The notes below the pieces were generated by a model. It did not search any database and had not been told where the DNA came from. It worked only from the letters and a program-made list of their open reading frames with translations. The translations under genes and the position numbers were made by a program. Positions 34,321 to 45,053 of a DNA stretch of 64,000 bases are shown in pieces. Source of the stretch: Malacoraja senta (taxonomy: Eukaryota). Within the stretch, counting starts at the first letter, position 1; every line of letters starts with the position of its first letter. Location of the stretch: contig CM075981.1 of the NCBI GenBank assembly GCA_038087875.1, positions 930,001 through 994,000 on the forward strand, read 5' to 3'.

Positions 34321-35991
34321 TTTCGAGATGAGAAAACGGGATAACATAACATAATTCTTTATGGCTCTATATCACTGAGGTTCGATTAAAAACATCTCAA
34401 AGATTTCCAATGAGGTAGATGAGAGGTCAGGACAGCACTGAAGCTGATGTGTGGGACATCTTTTACCCAGGGGATAAAATGTTCCTAAATTACATCAACA
34501 ATGCTCAGAATTGTCTTTCCCTTGTGATAACGCATCCTCAGTAAATGCCCCTCTGATCTCTCGGGGCGACACGGTGGCACAGTGTATGCCCCGAGGGATC
34601 TGAGACCCTGGTTCGATCCTGACTATTGGTGCTGTCTGTACGAAATTTGTACATTTTCCCCGTGACCACGTGGATTTTCTCCAAGTTCTTCGGTTTTCTC
34701 CGACACTCCAAAAACGTAGAGGTTTGTAGGTTAATTGGCTCGGTAAATTGGTTAATTGGCTTGGGAACACGCGGTATCCACGAGGACTTAGGCCTTCCGT
34801 GAACGCTGGTCGCCGCGGGAGGTAGAGTGTTTTGTTGACAAAGATGGCGATATACTCATTTGATGATCGTTTGTTTGTAAATTGTCAACATGGGCAGTCT
34901 TGGATTGTGTTAATACTCTGTATGTTTGTTTTTATTTTTTGAATAAAAGTATTTGTATAATAATAAAAAAACACCTTGGACTGCACTCAGGGCTGAGCTG
35001 CGGCCACAGAGTGCTAGAGTAACTTAACGGGTTAGGCTACATCTGTGCAGGGAATGAATAGGTGACATTTAGGGTCAAGTTCAAGTTCAAGTTCACATTT
35101 ATTGCCACACGCATCAATTATGGTACAGTTAAATGTTATTTTCCATGCAGCCACACAATCAAAAAGAGCACAATACACAATAGAATACAACTTGAACATC
35201 CACCACAGTGGAATCAACATTCTTCACTGTGATGGAAGGCAATAACGTTCAGTCAGTCCTCCTCCTTTGTTCATCCGTGGTCGGGGCCATGCAGCCGCCA
35301 CTACGGACGGCCCGATGTACAGGCCCTCTCTTCAGGATGCTCGAAACTCCGACGTCGGGACAGACGGACACTCCGCGGCTTGGAGGTCCCGAATCGGCCG
35401 CTTCCTACCGGATGTTATATGCCGCAGGCCGGCGGTCGGAGCTCTTCTCCGGCGATCCCCGGCGAGGGATCCCAGACTCCGCTAGAAGCTCCGCAGACCG
35501 CGGCTTCAGGATGTTATAATCCGCGGGCCAGAGATTGGAGCACTTCTTCTGGTGATCCCCGGCAAGGGATCGCCCGGCTCCGCGATGGAAAGTCCGCACT
35601 GCGCCCGCTGCTGAAGCTCTGGGCCCAACTCCGGGGGAGGCCGCTCCAATCTAAGCTGTTAGCCCATGAGGGAGGGTGAAAATGCGACTAGGAGAAAAGT
35701 CACATTCCACCGAGATAAGTGACTGAAAAACGGTTTCCCCCCTATTCCGCGCCCCAACCTCCCCACCCCCCCCCCCCACCCCCACACATAAATACACTAA
35801 ATCACACTAAAAACAAAAAAGTCGAAAGGACGGACAGCTGCTAGCGAGGCTGCCGGCTCGCGTCGCCACCCGATGGTCACAACCGTTCTTCAAATAGTAT
35901 CTGTGTGGGAAGGAACTGCAGATGCTGGTTTAAACCGAAGATAGACACAAAATGCTGACGTAACTCAGAGGGACAGGCAGAGAGAAGGAAT

Positions 35992-36026
35992 GGGTGATGT
36001 TTCGGGTCGAGACCCTTCTTCAGACT
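35992..36026 (-). ncRNA. Minimal hammerhead motif in a pLTR element (~35905-36026)
   Basis: AGU-CUGAAGA-A-GGGU CUCG ACCC-GAAAC-AUC-ACCC. Confidence 0.58.
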
Positions 36027-36216
36027 ATTCTATATTGCCCCTAAGTATTCAAAATTTATCACCTCATTTCTCTGCAATAAAAGAATCTGCCATATGTCTA
36101 GGAAGGAATTGCAGATGCTGGTTTCACCTAGACCACAGCTAACAAATGTTTTTATCCAGCCCACAGCTAACATGGTTTTAACCAAAACCACAGCTAACAA
36201 TAGTTTTTTTCATCTA

Positions 36217-37220
36217 GACCCCAGCTATTTACAATTATATTAATGAGCTGGATGAGGGAATTGAAAGCAACATCTCCAAGTTTGCGGATGACACTAAGGT
36301 GGGGGGCAGTGTTAGCTGTGAGGAGGGTGCTAGGAGACTGCAAGGTGACTTGGATAGGCTGGGTGAGTGGGCAAATGTTTGGCAGATGCAGTATAATGTG
36401 GATAAATGTGAGGTTATCCACTTTGGTGGCAAAAACGGGAAGGCAGACTATTATCTAAATGGTGGCCGATTAGGAAATGGGGTGATGCAGCGAGACCTGG
36501 GTGTCATGGTACACCAGTCATTGAAAGTAGGCATGCAGGTGCAGCAGGCAGTGAAGAAAGCGAATGGTATGTTGGCTTTCATAGCAAGAGGATTTGAGTA
36601 TAGGAGCAGGGAGGTTCTACTGCAGTTGTACAGGGTCTTGGTGAGACCACACCTGGAGTATTGCGTACAGTTTTGGTCTCCAAATCTGAGGAAGGACATT
36701 ATAGCCATAGAGGGAGTGCTGAGAAGGTTCACCAGACTGATTCCTGGGATGTCAGGACTTTCATATGAAGAAAGACTGGATAGACTTGGCTTATACTCGC
36801 TAGAATTTAGGAGATTGAGAGGGGATCTTATAGAAACGTACAAAATTCTTATGGGGTTGGACAGGCTAGATGCAGGAAGATTGTTCCCGATGTTGGGGAA
36901 GTCCAGGACAAGGGGTCACAGCTTAAGGATAAGGGGGAAATCCTTTAAGACCGAGATGAGGAAAAACTTTTTCACACAGAGAGTGGTGAATCTCTGGAAC
37001 TCTCTGCCACAGAGGGTAGTTGAGGCCAGTTCATTGGCTATATTTAAGAGGGAGTTAGATGTGGCCCTTGTGGCTAAGGGGATCAGGGGGTATGGAGAGA
37101 AGGCAGGTACGGAATACTGAGTTGGATGATCAGCCATGATCATATTGAATGGCGGTGCAGGCTCGAAGGGCCGAATGGCCTACTCCTGCACCTATTTTCT
37201 ATGTATCTATGTATCTATTC
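36217..37220 (+). mobile_element. 5'-truncated CR1 LINE nested in a pLTR element
   Basis: ORF 36299-37120 is nearly identical to the C-terminus of the CR1 at 19870-22125; (TATC/TATG) tail. Confidence 0.93.
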
Positions 37221-38599
37221 ATTTGTTCTATATCTCTCTATATCACCGTCTATATCTCTCGTTTCCCTTTCCCCTGACTCTCAGTCTGAAGGGTCTCAAC
37301 CCAAAATATAATCTATTCCTTTTCTCCACAGATGCTGTCTGACCCGCTGAATAACTCCAGCTTTTTATGTCTACCTTCTGCCATATGTCTGTCCACTCCG
37401 CCACCAAGTCTATGTACTCCCGAAACTCAACAACATCCTGGATTGCAGTTCACAATGCTATTTCGTTTTGCATCATCAGCACATTTCAAACTTGTGACTT
37501 GCAAGTCCAAGTCTAGGTCACTTATATCGATTTTTAAAAAGCCAACACCAGTCGATCTATTTACCTTCGTCCTGCTCAATAAACAGCCAATCACCCATAT
37601 TCCTCTGTAGTAGTGAGTCTGGGTCCCCTTTACCCTGACTCTGTCGGATGAAGGGTCTCGACCTAAAACATCACCTATTCCTTTTCTCCAGAGATGCTGT
37701 CTGACCCACTGTTACCCCAGTTTTCAGTGTCTTTCCTCTGTCGTATGATGCTTAATCATCTTCAAGGTTTCAAGGTCAGTTTACTGTCACATGTACCAAT
37801 TAAGGTACAGTGAAATTTGAGTTACCATACAGCCATACTAAGTGAAAAGCAACAAGACTCACAACCATATAAAAGTTAACATCAACATCCATCACAGTGG
37901 ATTCCATATTCCTCACTGTGATGGAAGGCAATAAAGTTCAAGCTTCTTCCTCTTTGTTCTCCCGTGGTCGGGGCAGTCAAACCATCCACAGTCGGGGCAA
38001 TCAAAGCCTCCGCAGCCGGTGATCGAAGTCCCCGTTGAGGTGATCGAAACTCCTGCATAGGGGCGGTTGAAACTCTCTCCGCTGCATGGATCTCCCGAGC
38101 CCATGGGACTCTTACCAGAGACCGCGGGCTTCACGATGTTAAAGTCCACAGGCCCGATCCATTTCAGATCCAAGACCTATTACAACAGGGTAAGAGGGAA
38201 AAGAGGAGGGAACCTCATTGAAACATCAAATAGTGAACGGCCTGGATACAGTGGATGTAGAATGGATGTTTCCACTAGTGGGACAGTCTAGGACCAGAGG
38301 TCATAACCTCAGAATTAAAGTACATTCCTTTAGGATGGAGATGAGGAAGAATTTCTTTTGTCAGAGGGTGTGGAATTTTTTGCCACAGAAGGCCGTGGAG
38401 GCCGTCAATAGATATTTTTAAGGCATAGATGGATAGATAGGTTCTTGATTAGTACTGGATTGTGGAGAGAAGGCATGAGAAAGAGATTAGGAGGGAGAGA
38501 TAGATCAGCCATGATTGAATGGCGGAGTAGATGGATGGGCCGAATAGCATAATTCTGCTCCTATCACTTATGAGCTGATGAAAACCTGCTGGAGCAGAT

Positions 38600-38995
38600 A
38601 AGGTAAGGACACAAAATGGTGGAGTAACTCAGCGGAACAAGCAGCATCTCTGGAGAGAAGGAACGTTTCAGGTCAAGACCCTTTTTCAGACTGATGTCAG
38701 GGAGTAGGTAGTACACAGATAAAATGTAGTCGGAGACAGTAAGACTGGTCAAAGAATTGGGAATGGGGAGGGGATGGAGAGAGAGGGAAACCAATGGCTA
38801 CTTGAAGTTAGAGAAGTCAATGTTCATACCACTGGGGTGTAATTGCCCAAGTGAAATATGAGGTGCTGTTCCTCCAAATTGCGCTGGGCCTCACTCTGAC
38901 AATGGAGGAGGCCCAGGACAGAAAGGTTAGTGTGGGAATGAGAGTGGTAGTTAAAGTGTTGAGCAACCGGGAGATCAGGTAGGTTTAGGCAGCTT
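38600..38995 (-). mobile_element. Penelope 3' fragment (GIY-YIG C-terminus + pLTR), older subfamily
   Basis: LPDLPVAQHFN.HSHS...LSVLGLLHCQSE.QR.LEEQHLIFHLG. Confidence 0.85.
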
Positions 38996-39414
38996 TCGGG
39001 AGGGATGGGTAGAGCACAGGGAATATGATCCACTGTGAACAATATGTACAGTAACCAGAAAACAGGGCAGATTCTTGCTCCGTTCGTGCAAATATACTGC
39101 AGTACTTTTGGGGTTCTCCTAAATATAAGGTCTTGCACACAACACGTAGATGTTTCAGTGTGTTGGAAGGAACTGCAGATGCTGGTTTATACTGAAGATA
39201 AACACAAAATGCTCTAGCAATTCAGCGGGTCAGGGTGCATCACTGCCGAAAAGGAATAGTTGACGTTTCGAGTCGAGACCCTTCTTCAGACTGAGAGTCA
39301 GGGGAAAGGGAAACGAGCGATATAGAAGGTACAAAGAACAAATGAATGAAATATATGAATGAATGATGTTCAAACCTGTTCCTGATATGGCTCTATCGAC
39401 AACATATTTTCCAG

Positions 39415-39461
39415 AATCCAATTGCAATACATCACAAGGTGAAGACAACAATGAAATCCAG
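39415..39461 (+). CDS. Candidate 47-nt cytoplasmic exon B (x)SNCNTSQGEDNNEIQ
   Basis: ttttccag| acceptor, CAG|GTAAAA donor, phase 1 to 0, matching the phase-0 acceptor at 39880. Confidence 0.65.
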
Positions 39462-39574
39462 GTAAAAATGTGAAATATAAATTCTCTGAGTGATGAAGAA
39501 TATATAATATTGAATTATCTGTGTTTACACAGGCCATTTACCAACACCAGTCCACTCCAGCTAAGAGATCCATC

Positions 39575-39745
39575 GCAGAAACAGGATCTTCGGCCCACAG
39601 TGTCCACGCCGACCGGTGACCCCCGCACACTAACACTCTCCTACACACACTAGGGGCAATTTGCAATTATGCCAAACCAATTAACCTACAAACCTGTTGT
39701 AGACGCTGTCAGGCAGCAACTCTACCGCTGCTCCACCGTGCTGTG
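39575..39745 (-). mobile_element. HE1/V-SINE-type SINE (internally deleted)
   Basis: Reverse complement of the tail and head motifs. Confidence 0.7.
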
Positions 39746-39879
39746 CTATCTTTGTGTTGTAAACAGCAGCCATGGCTTGTTCTGTACACTGAACAGTTCG
39801 AGACCTACTTTGTAATAGACATCTGTTGAGGACCTTTCAAATCTATTAGGTCGTAAAATTTGATTTTGTTACATTTTAG

Positions 39880-40155
39880 GAAATAGCAGTGTTGGAAGGA
39901 AACCACGTTGATGCAAATCTGCAGCAACTTGCAAAGATCAGGGCAGATGACCATTTGGATAACAATGAAGGTGAACGCACGTATGCAGTGGTGAATTGTC
40001 AAAGGAAGTCGAGATCAAGGCAACATGTGGCTGAAAACGCTGTCGTCTACGCAGATGTCAATTTTCATCGCAACTACCCAAAGGGCACTCGGAAACCCCA
40101 CTCTCCTGGGACTCCAGAGAACCCCGAATCAATCTATGCCTCTGTTGTTTCTTAG
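39880..40155 (+). CDS. Terminal cytoplasmic exon of an inhibitory receptor with ITIMs
   Basis: acattttag| acceptor and 91 open codons EIAVLEG...RTYAVV...VVYADV...SIYASVVS*. VVYADV and SIYASV fit the ITIM consensus (I/L/V/S)xYxx(L/V/I). Confidence 0.8.
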   Translation, partial: EIAVLEGNHVDANLQQLAKIRADDHLDNNEGERTYAVVNCQRKSRSRQHVAENAVVYADVNFHRNYPKGTRKPHSPGTPENPESIYASVVS

Positions 40156-40245
40156 GAGAGATTTTTAATTTGGTGTGAGTTTTTGGCAATACTTGATTTA
40201 CCACTCTGTTCAGATGACACTGCGTTAATCTGCTTTATACTTTGT

Positions 40246-40469
40246 CAAAGATGGACACAAAATGCTGGAGTACCTCAGCAGGTCAGGCAGCATCTCTGGA
40301 GAAAATGGACAGGTGGCCTATGAGGTTGGGACCCTTCTTCAGATGGTCTGTAGAAAGGTCCTGACCCAAAATGGTACCAATCCATTTTCGCCAGAGATGT
40401 TTCTTGACCATCTGAGTTACTCCAGCATTTTGGGTTTGTCTTTGGTATAAACTGGCATCTTTTTATAGC
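40246..40469. mobile_element. Degenerate fold-back pLTR element downstream of the ITIM exon stop
   Basis: Inverted arms; 10-bp TSD tatactttgt (40236-40245, 40470-40479). Confidence 0.7.
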
Positions 40470-43400
40470 TATACTTTGTGAAGCTCTTTCTGAGCGGTTT
40501 TGTTCAATTCATCAGGTGTCAGGGCTGATGGGGAGAAGGCATGAGAGTGGTGTTAGGAGGGAGAGGTAAATCAGCGATGATTCAATGGCGGAGTAGCCTT
40601 GATGGGCCAAATTGCCTGCTCCTATCACTAATGACCTTATGAATTCCACTCCCATCACCAATCTCTTGCATCCGCCAGTATAATGAATGAGCCTAGATCA
40701 TGCATACAAATGATAAAATGGGACTGCTTCTCATTCCGATAATACCCACCCACAAATGCCCCAACCCTCCCATCATCATTCTTTGCGAGGGTCAGCCTAA
40801 GCACACCTCAACCCATTGTCTCCAGGCCAAAATATTGTGGGTTCAAGTCCGTTAAGGGGCTATGGATAAAGCAAGAAAATGGGTTCAAGTGGATAAGGTA
40901 GATAAGCCCAAGATGTAAAATGATCCTCAAGCCTGGGTAAGGGGCCTCTGAAACTTAGTCAAGACTGGATTTTACCTGCCTCAGTGACCAGTTGCAAATA
41001 AAATGATCTTACGTGAGCCCGTCCCTAGATACTGCCTAGCCATGGGGAAATGGGGAGAGGGAGGGAAGTAACAGCGTGGAACTGCAGAACTATTCATAGC
41101 TTTTATAGCCTATTATAGTGCAAGAAGTAAGTCAAGTGTGTTTTATTGTCATACAGTATATACTTGCAGCAGCACAATAGAGCAATATACATGAATTCGT
41201 TTATCTTTTGTACTCACTGAGAATGCAAGGTAGAGGTAGGGGAGGAAGGTAATGTAGATGTGGTTGTATGAAATGCACTGAATGCTTTGTATCTGAGGGC
41301 ATCTGCCACAGGACATGTGTAACCAAAGTTGGCCAATTTGTAATTAAAATATTTTTTTCTGAAAACAAGCCCAGAGTCCACGTGAAATGTTCCCGTCTAC
41401 AACGTCCCTCCCCAGTACATGAGCACACGACCTACGAGCACCTCAGTGCCAACTGGTAGAGTACATCAATGCCTGAACTGCAAATATCTGGGTGAGATCT
41501 GTAACCAAAAAGATTCAACCATCATGACCACAGAAACTACCCCACAAAAATTTCTGTAACTGAAGAAAGTTCGATTGAAAATGCTGGTCTTAGCAGCATT
41601 GCTACAGAATGTCTTCTCACCTCTAGAGGTACTCCGTTCGAAATATGCAAAGTTCTTACTGAGCAGGAGAGTGCAGGTGAAGGGATGAGGTTTTCCTTGG
41701 CTCAATTGTCCAGATGCAGTGAGGAGGGGTAAGTTGGGCCGAAGGGCCTGTTTCTGCGTTGTATGACTCTATGACTCCAATGCAATCTAGCCTGGGAACA
41801 ATTGTTTCTTAGATATTAAAGGATCTATGGAAATAGAACTAGTACTGGATATTGACATGATGAAGGATAAGCTATTATTTCAATGCATGGTGTCGTTATG
41901 AAGGACCGAATGGGGCCTGACATATTTGTTCATTAATTTGTTCACCCTACAATGCACATTTATTTGTTTTGAACACATTTCCAATCAATGTACAAGCACA
42001 TCAAAGGCCAACGTGCGATGGAATGAAACATTGAGAGTGAGCTGCATCTTGCTGTGGTTAACGTGCTTCCTGTTAATATGAGCAGTTGAGCAAAACACAA
42101 AAAAAACACTTCAGTTGGTCAAACAGCATCTGTGAAAGGAAATGGACAGATGACATTTCAGGTCACGACCCTACCAGACTGGTGTTACTTTTCTCAGAAT
42201 TTGACTCAGAAACCCACAAACATACAATGTTACACAAAAATGCTGGAGAAACCCAACGGGTGCAGCAGCATCTATGGAGCGAAGGAAATAGGCAACGTTC
42301 CGGGCCGAAATCCTTCTTCAGACCCGAAATGTTGCCTGTTTCCTTCGTTCCATAGATGCTGCTGCACCCGCTGAGTTTCTCCAGCATTTTTGTGTACCTT
42401 CGATTTTCCAGCATCTGCAGTTCCTTCTTAAACATACAATGTTCACTAGTTCATAAGTTCTAAGTGCAGAATTAGGCCTTTCGGCCCATCAAGTCCGCCA
42501 TTCAATCATGGCTGATCTATCTTCTCCTGCCTTCTCCCCATAACCCCTGACACCCCCACTAATCAGGAATCTGTCAATCTCTGCCTAACAAATATTCATT
42601 GACATGGCTTCCACAGTCGTCTGTTGAAATAAATTCCACAAATTCACCACCCTCTGACTAAAGAAATTTGGCCCATATCTCTGTAAACCTATCCTGTCCA
42701 GATTCCCTCAGGTTCCTATTAAATGTTTCCCCCTCACCTTAAACCTATGTCCTCTGGTTCTCAAGTATTCAGTAAGAACATGTAGACTATAAGAATGTTC
42801 TCATATTCTCAGAGCACCTTGCACTGGCAGGACAGTGGGTTTCAGGTAGAACACAGTGGCACAGCGGTAGAGTTGCTGTCTTACAGCGCCTGAGACCCAG
42901 GTACGATGCTGACTTCGGGTGCTGTCTGTATGGAGTTTGTATGTTCTCCCTGTGTCCGCATGGGTTTTCTCTGGGTGCTCCGGTTTCCTCCCACATTCCA
43001 AAGACATACAGGTTTGTAGGTTAATTTGCACAGTAAATGGTATATGGGGTGAACACTGGTTGGCACGGTCTCAGTGGGCCGAAGAGCCTTTTTCCATGCT
43101 GTATCAATAAAGTTTTCTTGCCAATTGCACACTCCAGAAGTAGATGGATAACAGTTTTGTCCAGAGCACAGGTGCCTTGTGTAGCTCTGTGGTTGTGCAA
43201 CACAATGCAACGCAAAAAGGTTCTGACTGGGGAGCCCTTCCCACCAACACACAAGGAAGGATGTTCACAGTCGGCTTGAAAAACCATCGGGGGGAAGTAC
43301 CATAGACTTAACTCTGTAGTTTGCTTGCCAGTTTGCAAGCATGCAGCTCCCATGCTGCTAACCAGGGTTCAATCCTTGTTCTTGCCTGCAAGGTAAGTTG

Positions 43401-44995
43401 AAGGATATTTCAGACAATCACACGTTGGCACAGCAGGTAGAGCCGCTGCCTCACAGCATCTGAATCCTGGGTTCGAACCTGCCCTTGGGTGCTGTCTGTG
43501 TGGAGTTCGCACGTTCTCCGTGTGACCATGTTCGTTTCCTCCGGGTGCGCGGATTTCCTCCCACATCCCAAAGAGGTGTGGGTTTGTAGGTTAATTGGCC
43601 CTCTGCAAATTGACCCTTGTGTGTAGGGAGTGGATGCGAAAGTGGTCGGTGTGGACTCGGTGATCCGCTGGGCCTTTTCCACGCTGTATCACTCTGTAAA
43701 TGAGTTTACCGAGTGCAGTTTAGTGTGCATTCTGATATTTGGATGATAACTTACACGAGAGACCATTGGAACAGCCAACACACCGGATATGCATTTCAGT
43801 AACAGATGGGATGAGACAGTGTGATGATAGAATAATACATGGGAGACTGTCTTGAATATGAGAAGGATCGTTAGCACAGGCCTTCAACCAAGAGGTAAAT
43901 ATAATCCAAGCTTTATGTATAAGAAGGAACTGCAGATGCTGGTTTAAATCAAAGACAGACGCAAAATGCTGGAGTAACTCAGCAGGACAGGCAGCATCTC
44001 TGGAGATTCCTTCCCTCCAGAGTTGCTGCCTGTCCTGCTAAGTTACTCCAGCATTTTATGTCTATCCAAGCTTTATGTAGTCTGGTTTACTGGCATTCCA
44101 TAGAGCTGTACCTGCAGTAAGCATGCAATTAATTGCTGTGACATTTACAACACCAAGAGTGAATTTATGTTGAATTTAGCTTTTTGTATTGTTATTTGCT
44201 TGTGATGCTGCTGTAAGTAAGATTTTCATTGTACCCGTGTCTCGCAGTATTTTGTGCACATCACAATAAATTTGGCTTGACTTGACTGTTCGGGGTGGGA
44301 CAGTGGAGCAGTGGTAGAGCTGCTGCCTCACAGCGCCAGAGAGCTATAGTTGATCCTGACTACGGGTGCTGTCTGCAGAGTTTGTACGTTCTCCCTGTGA
44401 CTGCATGGGTTTCCTCCGGGTGCTCCGGTTTCCTTCCACATCCCAAAGACGTACAGGTTTGTAGGTTGATTGACTTTGGTAAGAAAAATTGTAAACTGTT
44501 TTTAAAGTGTAGGATAGTGCTAGTGTACGGGGTGATTGCTGGTCGGTGCGGACTCGGTGGGCCGAAGGGCCTGTTTCCACACTGTATCTCTAAAAGTAAA
44601 AAAACTAAAATTAAAAGGCTGGACTATTTTCATCAATCATGGAAAATTGGATTACTTTTATTTTACACTCCAAAGACGTACAGGTATGTAGGTAAATTGA
44701 CTTGGTAAATGTAAAAATTGTCCCTAGTGTGTGTAGGATAGTGTTAATAAGCGAGGATCGCTGATCGGCGCGGACTCGGTGGGCCGAAGGGCCTGTTTAC
44801 TGAAGTAAACTGAACTAAATTTGTTGAATTTAACTGAGACAACTTCAAATTCTAAAGTTTCAGATTTTATCAGCAGTCTCATTCTGGTTTCACAATCAGG
44901 CTTCCTGTTCCCTGCTACCTCATTCTTGATACATGTCATATTTGTCAGACCATTCAGTCTGAGGACTAAGAGCTGAGCAGCAGATCAGTGCTAAC

Positions 44996-45053
44996 ATGGT
45001 CTCCGTGGATAAAACTATGTGGATTACAATCCTTCTCATTTATTCCCAGCCTG
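44996..45053 (+). CDS. CD300/pIgR-like receptor copy 2, exon 1 (signal peptide)
   Basis: Identical to 4421-4478; ATGs at 44996 and 45017. Confidence 0.8.

Noticed and set aside
41372-41630. Ser/Thr-rich stretch (also ~810-975) resembling a stalk exon
   Set aside because: No single frame stays open in either copy, the acceptor is weak, and it lies 3' of the ITIM terminal exon.
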